Source: Candidatus Saccharimonadales bacterium (lineage in GTDB: Bacteria; Patescibacteriota; Saccharimonadia; Saccharimonadales; SZUA-47). Taken from it: a DNA stretch of 64,000 nt. This document shows, in pieces, positions 10,051-19,491 of the stretch. The DNA is taken from positions 269,437-333,436 of the forward strand of contig JBGSRU010000002.1 in the NCBI GenBank assembly GCA_041737385.1, read 5' to 3'. How positions within the stretch are numbered: position 1 is the stretch's first letter; every line of letters begins with the position of its first letter. Made by a program: the position numbers and the translations under genes. Under the pieces are notes generated by a model, which worked only from the letters and a program-made list of their open reading frames with translations, was not told the origin of the DNA and did no database searches.

Positions 10051-10949
10051 AAATCGGTTTTATTGGACTCGGAAAAATGGGATCACAAATGGTAAAGCGT
10101 ATCACAGATGCGGGCCATGATGTTATTGGGTACGATGTAAACGATCTATTAGTTGAAGGTATGAGTGCAGTCGGAGGAAGTGGGGCTACTTCTCTAGAAA
10201 ATCTCGTCGAAACACTCGGTGAAAATCCAATAATCTGGATCATGATTCCTCAGGAATTTGTAACAGATACAATCACCGAGTTGCTCACACTAGTTCCGAC
10301 TGGAAGTATCTTAATCGACGGTGGGAATTCAAACTATCGGAATACCCTCGTCCATGCTGAACAGTGCGAAAAATCTACAGTTGCACTAATTGATGTTGGA
10401 ACGAGCGGTGGTGTGCATGGTTTAGCTCATGGTTTCTCCATGATGGTTGGCGGTAGCCAGCAAGCCGTTGAAGCTATAACCCCAATTTTAGAAGCACTTG
10501 CACAAGAAAAGGGTTACGGACACTTTGGCAAAACAGGTGCTGGACACTTTATAAAAATGGTGCACAACGGTATAGAATATGGCGTGATGCAAGCATTTGC
10601 TGAAGGGTTTCACATCATGAAAGAAGGACCGTTTGAAAATCTGGACTTAGGTGAGATTGCCGGAGTATGGCAACACGGAAGTATAAATGAGTCGTTCTTA
10701 AACGGACTTAACGAAACTATGCTGCGTCGAGATCAGCAGTTCAATGGAGTTGAAGGATTTGTAAAAGAGTCAGGAGAGGCTAGGTGGACACTTGAGACTG
10801 CCAAAGAGCTCGGTATCAGCACTCCAGTTATTCAGGCTGCTTTCGATGTACGTGTCGCGTCACAGGCCGGAAATGTCTCATATGCAACTAAATTTCTTGC
10901 TCAGCTTAGAAACGAATTCGGCGGGCACGCTACGAATAAGGAACAATAG
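10047..10949 (+). CDS. gnd: 6-phosphogluconate dehydrogenase, decarboxylating (short ~300-aa form)
   Basis: N-terminal Rossmann motif MKIGFIGLGKMGSQM, plus GAGHFIKMVHNGIEYG and a C-terminal 6PGDH domain. Operon context with pgl and zwf. Confidence 0.85.
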   Translation: MKIGFIGLGKMGSQMVKRITDAGHDVIGYDVNDLLVEGMSAVGGSGATSLENLVETLGENPIIWIMIPQEFVTDTITELLTLVPTGSILIDGGNSNYRNTLVHAEQCEKSTVALIDVGTSGGVHGLAHGFSMMVGGSQQAVEAITPILEALAQEKGYGHFGKTGAGHFIKMVHNGIEYGVMQAFAEGFHIMKEGPFENLDLGEIAGVWQHGSINESFLNGLNETMLRRDQQFNGVEGFVKESGEARWTLETAKELGISTPVIQAAFDVRVASQAGNVSYATKFLAQLRNEFGGHATNKEQ

Positions 10950-10954
10950 GCGGT

Positions 10955-12421
10955 ATGGCCGTTGCTTTAGAACCTGCAATTCTGACAATTTTTGGTATAA
11001 CTGGCGATCTTGCACACAGAAAATTACTACCAGCACTCTACAATCTTGCCGACAGCGGCATATTGCCCGAGACGCTACGGATTGTCGGAATTACAAGGAG
11101 TGGTACTACTGTTAAAGAACTTCTCGTTTCAATAAAGAAATCAGTTGAAGATAGCGGCAAGACGTGTAACGACATAACGCTTTCATGGATAGAGCGTGCA
11201 ATGAACGTCGTTACTATGGATATCACCGATTCAGATGATTACAAAAAATTAAAATCTGCATTAGACGAGATCGAAACCGATCTAGGTGTATGTATGCAGC
11301 GGTTGTTTTATTTAGCAATCCCGTCAACTGTGTTCGAACCAGTTGTTAATAGGCTTGGTGAGCACGGACTTAGGAACGGTTGTCAGCACGGTGAAACCGA
11401 AAGTCGCTTACTAATCGAAAAACCGTTCGGCTATGATCTTGCATCAACTGAGACTTTAATTGCAACACTGCAACAATCTTTTAACGAAGATCAGATCTAC
11501 CGTATAGATCATTACCTTGCAAAAGAGACCGTTCAGAACGTGTTATCTTTCAGGTTTGAAAACCCATTGTTTAACGGCGCTTGGGATAAAGTCTCCGTAA
11601 GTCACATTATGATTACCGCTGCAGAATCTATAGGTATCGAAGGTCGAGTTGCCTTTTATGAACAAATGGGAGCAATGCGTGATCTAATTCAGAGCCACTT
11701 ACTTCAGTTGCTCGCTCTCGTGACAATGGAAGAGCCCACAGCAGCAACTGCTACTGCAATACATACAGCGAAAGAAGCAGTTTTTAGCACAATGCAGCCG
11801 CCAAAAGACAACGAAATGGATACTAAAACGGTTCGAGGACAATACACAGGGTACAAACAAGAGATCAAAAACCAAAACAGCAAAACTGAAACCTACGCTG
11901 CACTAGAGATTTCTATTGATAATGACCGTTGGCGCGGTGTACCAATGTTTATTAGAACGGGGAAGGCTCTAGCTAATAAAGTCACCGAAATAACTGTTGT
12001 TTTCAAAGATAGATACGGCACCAAGCGCACAAATACTTTGACGCTACGCATCCAACCTCATGAAGGAATTGTTATGGATCTAATTATAAAGAAACCTGGA
12101 TATGATAAATCCCTTCAGCATGTGCAGATGGATTATTGTTATGAGCAAGATGACCAAGATAGTCCTGAAGCTTATGAGCGTGTACTGGTTGACTCCATGC
12201 GTGGAGACCGAACGTTATTTGCAACCAGCCAAGAGGTGTTGTCAAGTTGGCATGTTGCTGAGCCAGTTATTAAAGCATGGGAAAACGATAGAAGTCCGCT
12301 GCATATATACCGCAAAGAAAGCTGGGGGCCAATATCAGCAAACAAACTCGTGGAAAGGCATGGGGGGTCGTGGCTGACCGATATTTTACAGATATGTTCA
12401 ATACACTTGCCTAAAAACTAG
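10955..12421 (+). CDS. zwf: Glucose-6-phosphate 1-dehydrogenase
   Basis: FGITGDLAHRKLLPALYNL NADP-binding motif, the RIDHYLAKE active-site signature and EKPFG. Confidence 0.9.
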   Translation: MAVALEPAILTIFGITGDLAHRKLLPALYNLADSGILPETLRIVGITRSGTTVKELLVSIKKSVEDSGKTCNDITLSWIERAMNVVTMDITDSDDYKKLKSALDEIETDLGVCMQRLFYLAIPSTVFEPVVNRLGEHGLRNGCQHGETESRLLIEKPFGYDLASTETLIATLQQSFNEDQIYRIDHYLAKETVQNVLSFRFENPLFNGAWDKVSVSHIMITAAESIGIEGRVAFYEQMGAMRDLIQSHLLQLLALVTMEEPTAATATAIHTAKEAVFSTMQPPKDNEMDTKTVRGQYTGYKQEIKNQNSKTETYAALEISIDNDRWRGVPMFIRTGKALANKVTEITVVFKDRYGTKRTNTLTLRIQPHEGIVMDLIIKKPGYDKSLQHVQMDYCYEQDDQDSPEAYERVLVDSMRGDRTLFATSQEVLSSWHVAEPVIKAWENDRSPLHIYRKESWGPISANKLVERHGGSWLTDILQICSIHLPKN

Positions 12422-13062
12422 CGTTTTAGTACTGAAAATGCATGATCCCAAGTATCGTTTCGTGCGCCGTACTCAATCCACAAAAGACATAGCGGCTCCA
12501 ATAAACGACTTTTCTCAATGCTCCCGACGTCCTGTATATCTTTCCAGCCGAGCTCAATTAACAGCTCACCTACATGGTTTTTAGCTGATTCATTGTTTCC
12601 ACACATAAACATTGTCGGTGTGCCAGAACTAAATTTGGGCTGAATCATATTCTTGAAGTTAACTGTGTTCAATGTTTTCACCACATGACTGTCGGTTAGT
12701 GTCTGCTGCACCATTTCACCTGCACTCATATTGTGGCCAACAGCAAGTTGCGGCTCTTCATCGTCAGAAAACAATAGCGGGTTTGTCACATCTATAACAA
12801 TCTTGCCAGATAGCTCAGGTCGAATTATGGCAAGCACGTTTTCAGTTGCGTGCCATGCGACAGCCAAAACTGCTAGTTCTCCAAAATCTGCCGCTTCGGC
12901 AAAAGAACCAAGCTGCAATTTATCTTTATGGTGTTTTTTAGCCCACTTTAAATCTTTTTTAGTTGTATCACGCGTCCCGATCATCACGCTATGTCCACTT
13001 GCGACAAGACCTTTAGCTAAAGCCTGTCCAACATCTCCAGAACCTATAACTGCTATCTTCAT
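12418..13062 (-). CDS. NADP-dependent oxidoreductase, F420-dependent-NADP-reductase-like dinucleotide-binding family
   Basis: MKIAVIGSGDVGQALAKGL Rossmann start, and a length and layout typical of COG2085-type proteins. Confidence 0.6.
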   Translation of the reverse strand: MKIAVIGSGDVGQALAKGLVASGHSVMIGTRDTTKKDLKWAKKHHKDKLQLGSFAEAADFGELAVLAVAWHATENVLAIIRPELSGKIVIDVTNPLLFSDDEEPQLAVGHNMSAGEMVQQTLTDSHVVKTLNTVNFKNMIQPKFSSGTPTMFMCGNNESAKNHVGELLIELGWKDIQDVGSIEKSRLLEPLCLLWIEYGARNDTWDHAFSVLKR

Positions 13063-14213
13063 AATCCCATTTTACGGTATTTCTTCGGTTTTTTTGTACG
13101 TTTTTTAGGTTTCTTTTTAGTTTCACTCGTCTGGACGGGTGGAGACTTGAATGTTTTTGGATCATTTCGAATGCTTTTACCAATGCTCGAGCTCATACCA
13201 GAGCGCCTCGCAAGTCCTGCATACATACTCTGCGGTCTACTCATCCGCTCAAGCACTATTATAAGTACCGCAAGAGCGATGATTTGTAGTGCAGTGTTAA
13301 TAATTATAATGTCAAAACGTCTAGTTAATATCTCCGTGACTGTATTAATTTGTGTGATTGTATCGTTACCTTGAAGTGTAAACGTATCAGTTACAGTAGG
13401 GAGTACGAATCCAAATATCACTGTTGCGATAATTAGCGTGGCACCGTTTGACAGCAGATCCCGTCCAAGCGACTGAAACCCTTTACGGTAAGTTTTGCGA
13501 GCTTTTACAAATAAACCAGCAGCTATGACAAACACAACAATAAACAACCATAAGTATGAGTTAAAAAATTGCATAACAGATGGTAAGAATAATACTTTTT
13601 CGTATACTAACGTTCCATCTTCTGTCTTTGGCAAATTTTGTTCAGTAAGGATAAATTCAGCTTTTAGCGTATCACTGCTTCGGAGATCTGCACTCATTTT
13701 ATCTTTTACAAATTGGAGGGGAACATTCTCTGGTCGACACTCCAGCTCAAATATAGTGACTTCAGGAATTTCATTAGTTTGGCACAGCGGTAAGCTGCCA
13801 ACGTATTCTGCTGCGAACGTACTAACACGTTCGATAAATTGTTGCTTTTCATCTTCAAGGTTGACCGCAAACGATAATACTTCGCTATCACCATTAACCC
13901 AGTCGTAAATTCCGTCAACAGCTTTTTCAGCATTTAGACGTAAAATATTTGAAGGGAAGGTATTCTCAGCAATTTCAGTGAGTCGTTGATCCTCGTATGG
14001 CAATACACTTCTTTTTCCTTCGTTCGATTTTCTGTTATCTTCGATAAAAGAAGGGACAATTGTCGTATAAATTCTAGACTCAACCAATGAGTCCTTTATG
14101 ACTTGCCTATTACCAAATAAGAAAATAACACTGATTGAAGCAAATAGTAATAATAGCGCACCATGCAAGAAAAGTGACGAGAGCCAACGAAGTAAGAGGT
14201 GAACAAACTTCAT
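13059..14213 (-). CDS. Membrane protein with a lysine-rich C-terminal tail, function unknown
   Basis: An N-terminal TM segment, a large middle domain, several C-terminal TM segments and a KKKPKKRTKKPKKYRK tail. A 4-nt overlap couples it to the downstream reductase gene. Confidence 0.45.
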   Translation of the reverse strand: MKFVHLLLRWLSSLFLHGALLLLFASISVIFLFGNRQVIKDSLVESRIYTTIVPSFIEDNRKSNEGKRSVLPYEDQRLTEIAENTFPSNILRLNAEKAVDGIYDWVNGDSEVLSFAVNLEDEKQQFIERVSTFAAEYVGSLPLCQTNEIPEVTIFELECRPENVPLQFVKDKMSADLRSSDTLKAEFILTEQNLPKTEDGTLVYEKVLFLPSVMQFFNSYLWLFIVVFVIAAGLFVKARKTYRKGFQSLGRDLLSNGATLIIATVIFGFVLPTVTDTFTLQGNDTITQINTVTEILTRRFDIIIINTALQIIALAVLIIVLERMSRPQSMYAGLARRSGMSSSIGKSIRNDPKTFKSPPVQTSETKKKPKKRTKKPKKYRKMGL

Positions 14214-14303
14214 ACGTTTTCTAACAATCTATAATTTTTATGTTTATGTATTTACTTTTCAACATCTAAACAGATTATAGGTAACCTTTATGTTTATCGC
14301 AAC

Positions 14304-14687
14304 TTAGATGGTTTTTAATCTATCTGCAAAGTAGACTCGTACTTCTTGTTCGTCTGTTTTCATTTGCACAATAAGTGCTTCAATAGAAGTAAATTTTTCG
14401 TTATCACGCATTTTCTTTTCAACAGAAAAAACAACTGGTTTGCCATACAAATCCACATCTTCGAAGTCTAGAATATGAGCTTCAGCTCGTTTAATATCGT
14501 CGTCAAGAGTCACGGGCGCACCAATGAAAATTAATGCAGGTAGATATTCGCCATCCAAAAGCACGGTGCCAGCGAATAAGCCTTCATCAGAATTTACAGA
14601 AATTGGAATATTAGCAGTTGGATAACCTAACTTACGACCATTGCCAGTGAATGGAGTTACAATGCCTGAAAATTCGAACTGATCCAT
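14304..14687 (-). CDS. Riboflavin kinase (stand-alone RibF C-terminal-type domain)
   Basis: GNGRKLGYPTANI, EAHILDFEDVDLYGK and RDNEKFTSIEALIVQMKTD match the riboflavin kinase signature regions. Confidence 0.7.
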   Translation of the reverse strand: MDQFEFSGIVTPFTGNGRKLGYPTANIPISVNSDEGLFAGTVLLDGEYLPALIFIGAPVTLDDDIKRAEAHILDFEDVDLYGKPVVFSVEKKMRDNEKFTSIEALIVQMKTDEQEVRVYFADRLKTI

Positions 14688-14801
14688 GTATAGATGTTAG
14701 CATGCAGAGAAAATACTGACTTTACTTTTAGACGATTTTTTCTGATTAGCGCCAGCCGTATATATTTTGTGAATGGGTTAAACAGATATAGAATATAGTT
14801 A

Positions 14802-16550
14802 ATGATTAAGAAAACTCTGTCTATTTATTGGGCCATTATGAGGCCGCATAGGTTGCTCTGGGCTATTTCTTTGTTTACTGGTGTATTGTTCTTTACGGGC
14901 ATAAATGTAATATTGCCTTTTCTTATAAGCAAATTTATAGGTAGTTTAACAAACGTAGACGGTAAATCATTTAATGATTTTTCTGCATTCCTATGGGCTT
15001 GGGGGGGCGTACGCTTCTCGCTTGTGATAATCGGCAGAATTGAAATTATAACCACTAACATAGCTTTAACAAGAACGTTGCGTGACATTGATTTAAAAAG
15101 CTTCTCCGTTACTTTGGCTCATAGTAGTGATTTTTTTGCTAATAACTTTACTGGTTCGATAGTGACAAAATTTAATAGATTCGCTCGATCGTTTGACGCA
15201 CTTTCTCAAGCTGTAGTGTTTGAATTTACTTCTCTTGTAGTGCAAATTGTATTCCCGTTTATTATATTGTTATATATAGCACCGACAATAGCCTTCATAT
15301 TTTTAGTGTGGGCACTAATCTTTGGTGCAAGTCTTGTGTACGTACACAAGAAAAAAATACCACAGTCGCGCAGAGTGTCCGAGTTTGATTCTAGAGTAAC
15401 TGGCGCCGTTGCAGATACAATTACAAACGCATTGTCAGTAAAAATGTTTTCTAGTTTCACGTCTGAATTTAAATCTTTCACCAAGTTAAGTCAGCAAAAA
15501 GCAGATGCACGATTTAAAAACTTACTTTACGGTGATTTTATTCGAGTATATAAATTTATATTCATTACAGCGCTTGAATTACTTATTTTTATATTCACCA
15601 TACAAGCCGTTACTTCAGGCAGTATTGATGTAGCTGATGTTGTGCTAATTCAACTCTATGTATTGCAGCTCGTTACTAGTCTGTGGAACTTTGGTAAGAT
15701 CGTAGAAAAATTAGAAGAAGCCTTAGCAGACGCCACAGAAATGACAGAAATTTACGATTTAGAACCAACAATCTTGGACGTTTCTAAACCAGATAAATTT
15801 GAAAACATCTTAGGTTCAATAAAACTAAAAAATGTTGGTTTTAAATACAAAGGCAATAGAGAGCAAGCTGTTTTTAATTCGCTTGACCTAGACATACCAG
15901 TCGGGCAAAAAATCGGATTCGTGGGCCCAAGTGGTGGGGGTAAAACAACTTTAACTAAATTACTGTTAAGATTTATGGATGTTACAAACGGCAAGGTTAC
16001 AATAGATGGTATAAATATTGCCGATGTGTCTCAAGACGATTTACGTAGGTGCATTGCATACGTACCACAGGAACCATTACTGTTCCATCGTTCGATTTAT
16101 GACAACATTTTATATGGCGATCCTGATGCTAGCAAGGAAGAGGTCTTAAAGGCATCGAAACTTGCACATGCAGATGAATTTATTAAAAAACTTCCGTATG
16201 GCTACGAAACTTTAGTTGGAGAGCGAGGAGTAAAGTTATCTGGTGGACAAAAACAAAGAGTAGCAATAGCAAGAGCAATGCTTAAAAAGGCCCCTATACT
16301 TATTTTAGATGAAGCCACTTCAGCACTAGACAGCAAGAGCGAAAAACTTATAACAAGCGCACTTGATAAACTCATGGAGAGTCGTACGACTATTGTTATT
16401 GCTCATAGACTATCAACCATCAAGAAGCTAGATAGAATTGTTGTACTAACAGACGGTGAAGCTATAGAAGACGGCACGCACAATGAGCTGCTAAAGCTAA
16501 ATGGTCTCTACAGCGAACTCTGGCACCACCAACACGATGATTTCCTTTAA
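14802..16550 (+). CDS. ABC exporter, fused permease and ATPase (MsbA/ABCB-type)
   Basis: Six-TM N-terminal domain, then Walker A GPSGGGKTT, the signature LSGGQKQR and Walker B ILILDEATSALD. TAGAAT at 14789-14794 lies 7 nt upstream of the ATG. Confidence 0.85.
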   Translation: MIKKTLSIYWAIMRPHRLLWAISLFTGVLFFTGINVILPFLISKFIGSLTNVDGKSFNDFSAFLWAWGGVRFSLVIIGRIEIITTNIALTRTLRDIDLKSFSVTLAHSSDFFANNFTGSIVTKFNRFARSFDALSQAVVFEFTSLVVQIVFPFIILLYIAPTIAFIFLVWALIFGASLVYVHKKKIPQSRRVSEFDSRVTGAVADTITNALSVKMFSSFTSEFKSFTKLSQQKADARFKNLLYGDFIRVYKFIFITALELLIFIFTIQAVTSGSIDVADVVLIQLYVLQLVTSLWNFGKIVEKLEEALADATEMTEIYDLEPTILDVSKPDKFENILGSIKLKNVGFKYKGNREQAVFNSLDLDIPVGQKIGFVGPSGGGKTTLTKLLLRFMDVTNGKVTIDGINIADVSQDDLRRCIAYVPQEPLLFHRSIYDNILYGDPDASKEEVLKASKLAHADEFIKKLPYGYETLVGERGVKLSGGQKQRVAIARAMLKKAPILILDEATSALDSKSEKLITSALDKLMESRTTIVIAHRLSTIKKLDRIVVLTDGEAIEDGTHNELLKLNGLYSELWHHQHDDFL

Positions 16551-16562
16551 AATTTATACAGG

Positions 16563-17825
16563 ATGAAAATGAAATATAATAAAATAGAATATGACGTAAT
16601 TGTAATAGGTGGTGGAGCTTCTGGCATGATGGCAGCTATTGTTGCCGCAGAGCAAGGTGCTTCAGTGTTATTGCTTGAAAAGAATAAGAAATTAGGGAGG
16701 AAACTTTCGATCACTGGAGGAGGTCGTTGTAATATACTTAATGCAGAAGAAGACACAAGACTGTTGCTTGCAAATTACGGGTCATCTGATAAATTTCTGT
16801 TTTCAGCTTTTTCAAGATACAGTATGCAAGATACACGTAATTTTTTCGAATCCCGAGGTCTACCTATCAAAGTAGAAGCAAAAAAACGAGCATTTCCAAA
16901 TACCGAAAAAGCACAAGACGTCGTCGACTTTCTGCAAAACGAACTACAAAAACAAAAAGTCGAAATTAGGACAGAAACAACTGTTCAATCATTTTACTCA
17001 TCAAACGGAGCTATTAACTATCTACAAGTCGATGGAAAACGCTTAAACGCTAATCGTTATATTCTAGCAACCGGCGGAACCTCACGTCCTGAAACCGGTG
17101 CAACTGGTGACGGATTCAAGTGGTTGAAATCAATGGGCCATACCGTACGACAGCCCACGCCCGACATAACCCCGCTGTCCGTTAAAGATCGTTGGGTGCG
17201 TGAAATCGCTGGTGTTAGTGTCAGATCAATTACCGCAACATTTAGTCTAGATGAAAAACCGGTATTCAAGGTGCGAGGAGACATACTATTTACTCATTTT
17301 GGTGTATCGGGACCAACAATTCTTAATAGCGCCAGTAGAGTATCAAAGTTATTGGAAAAGGGAACCGTACAGCTAAACATTGATTGCTTTCCTTTATTAA
17401 ACGAGAAACAACTAGACGAGCAGGTTATAGCTATACTGCAACTTCACAAAACTAAACAGTTGCGAAACACGCTACGTTTTATTGTTCCAGCCGGTATGAC
17501 TAAAGCATTCTTAGCACTACTGCCTGCTGTAAACCTAGAAACAACGAACAGCGAGCTCAGCAGGTTAGAACGACTTAAAATTGTTGCATTATGTAAAGCT
17601 TTACCGCTAAATATAAATAGTTTAATGGGCTTAGAGAGGGCTGTAGTAGCAGATGGTGGTGTAGATCTTAGAGAAATAATAACCAGCACGATGCGCTCTA
17701 AAAAGATCGATAATCTATATATAACAGGTGATCTTTTGGATATTAGCCGTCCGACGGGAGGGTTTTCGCTACAACTATGTTGGACAAGTGGCTACATTGC
17801 AGGCCTAAACGCTGCAAAGAATTAG
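16563..17825 (+). CDS. NAD(P)/FAD-dependent oxidoreductase, HI0933/YhiN/BaiN family
   Basis: YDVIVIGGGASGMMAAI FAD motif, and GGGRCN and ITGDLLDI motifs characteristic of the HI0933-like family. Confidence 0.7.
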   Translation: MKMKYNKIEYDVIVIGGGASGMMAAIVAAEQGASVLLLEKNKKLGRKLSITGGGRCNILNAEEDTRLLLANYGSSDKFLFSAFSRYSMQDTRNFFESRGLPIKVEAKKRAFPNTEKAQDVVDFLQNELQKQKVEIRTETTVQSFYSSNGAINYLQVDGKRLNANRYILATGGTSRPETGATGDGFKWLKSMGHTVRQPTPDITPLSVKDRWVREIAGVSVRSITATFSLDEKPVFKVRGDILFTHFGVSGPTILNSASRVSKLLEKGTVQLNIDCFPLLNEKQLDEQVIAILQLHKTKQLRNTLRFIVPAGMTKAFLALLPAVNLETTNSELSRLERLKIVALCKALPLNINSLMGLERAVVADGGVDLREIITSTMRSKKIDNLYITGDLLDISRPTGGFSLQLCWTSGYIAGLNAAKN

Positions 17826-19489
17826 TGCATATAAAAGCCGCGGCCGGTTTTGTCGGGAACCATCATAACTGCGACGCCCGCTTTTTGTAGCTCTGCCACA
17901 ACCGTTTCATCGGCCCTAGAACCACTACTAGTCAAAATAGCTTTTACCCCAGCACCTGAAAGGAGCATTGGACCGTCAGGAAACGGGAAAAAGCTGTCGC
18001 TGTATGCAACGGCACCTTGTAGTTTATCTTGATCGATTAGAACAGTCATAGATCTACCGTCGCTAGCAATAATTGGGATCTGGATAGTAGTGCGAGTGAT
18101 CGCTAGCTGTCCAGCACCAACACGGTCTTGTTGACCAACTCCGTTACCGATTAACGCTCCATTTTTAACAATAGTTATAGTGTTACTGTTACTCGTCGAG
18201 CCGACAGCCCATCCAAGAATCATATCTCGTTTCTGATCTTCAGAGATTTCGCCATACTGTTGCATTCCATCAGCCTTCAAATCTTGCACGAAAGTATAGT
18301 TTGGTTGCTTCAAGTAACCACCTCGAACTTGGCGGTATAGGGGAGTATGATCAAGAGATATTTCAGACAAGCCAGCAAGTGCAGGGTTGACGATGACACG
18401 AAGTTTATTTCTGCTTAAGATTTCAAGCGCTTCTTCGCCCACACTTGATCCGATGACACCGTCGAGAAGTCGTTTCATATCATTATCCATAGAATGATGC
18501 ATCAATGTTTCAGCGATTTCTTCAGTAATTTCGCCATTTATCATCACGACACCGCCAAATATTGCTCGAGTATCACCTTCAAGCATTTTTTTAATGGCCT
18601 CGTTTGGCGTGTCACCGACTGCCGCACCACACGCATTGCCATGTTTGACACCAACAGCAATATACGGAACAGTACCAAAGTTTCTGTCAAAACCAGCTGC
18701 AACATGCGTCACCGTTTGCAACAGCCGATCAATGTCGGTTGTATTGATATGGCTTTTTTCCATACCTTGGACATGATCAAAGTTAGCTAAACTCAGTGGG
18801 TCCGAAGCGCTATTCTTGTCCGCATACAGACCAGTTGTTCCATTTTGTTGCGGGTTCTCGCCGTATTTTGTTGGCATATTTAACTTACCGATGAATCCGA
18901 TCGCTGTTTCTCCTTGCAAGTACAAGGCACTCTGCATAATATATCGTGCTGATTCGTATTCTGCAGCTGCTGCAAGTTTTTCAACAAACAAATCTGCATC
19001 TGGTTTTCCGTTCTTTAACCACGAGACAACTTCTTTTCTCTGCGATGCAGATGAAAGCACGATTCGTCGTCCTTTTGCAGCAGCACGTATCATTGTTGGT
19101 CCACCTATATCTGTTTGTTGCGTTACACTTTCACGCGTGGAGTTATCTTTAGCAATCTCTTCCTCAAGTGGATACATATCGACACAAACAAGATCAATAA
19201 CAGGTATGTTTAATTCTCTCAATTCTTTCATGTGAGCAGGATCAGCTGTGTCCGCAAGTATACCCGCATGTATCTCCCTTGATAGCGTCACAACTCTATG
19301 ACCGAGTATTGCTTCTCCACCAACTAGTTCTACAACATCGATTACAGGTATACCAGCAGCAGCAATTGCTTTAGCTGTTCCGCCAGAAGCATAAATAGCC
19401 CAAGACATCTCATGTAGTTGACGAGCAAATTCTTCGATGCCCGACTTGTCGTATACGGACAGTAGTGCGTTTCCTGCTGATTTAGTCAT
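17822..19489 (-). CDS. purH: Bifunctional AICAR transformylase / IMP cyclohydrolase
   Basis: MGS-like N-terminus ALLSVYDKSGIEEFARQL...ASGGTAK and a C-terminal AICARFT domain. It lies immediately downstream of purL. Confidence 0.9.
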   Translation of the reverse strand: MTKSAGNALLSVYDKSGIEEFARQLHEMSWAIYASGGTAKAIAAAGIPVIDVVELVGGEAILGHRVVTLSREIHAGILADTADPAHMKELRELNIPVIDLVCVDMYPLEEEIAKDNSTRESVTQQTDIGGPTMIRAAAKGRRIVLSSASQRKEVVSWLKNGKPDADLFVEKLAAAAEYESARYIMQSALYLQGETAIGFIGKLNMPTKYGENPQQNGTTGLYADKNSASDPLSLANFDHVQGMEKSHINTTDIDRLLQTVTHVAAGFDRNFGTVPYIAVGVKHGNACGAAVGDTPNEAIKKMLEGDTRAIFGGVVMINGEITEEIAETLMHHSMDNDMKRLLDGVIGSSVGEEALEILSRNKLRVIVNPALAGLSEISLDHTPLYRQVRGGYLKQPNYTFVQDLKADGMQQYGEISEDQKRDMILGWAVGSTSNSNTITIVKNGALIGNGVGQQDRVGAGQLAITRTTIQIPIIASDGRSMTVLIDQDKLQGAVAYSDSFFPFPDGPMLLSGAGVKAILTSSGSRADETVVAELQKAGVAVMMVPDKTGRGFYMH

Positions 19490-19491
19490 AA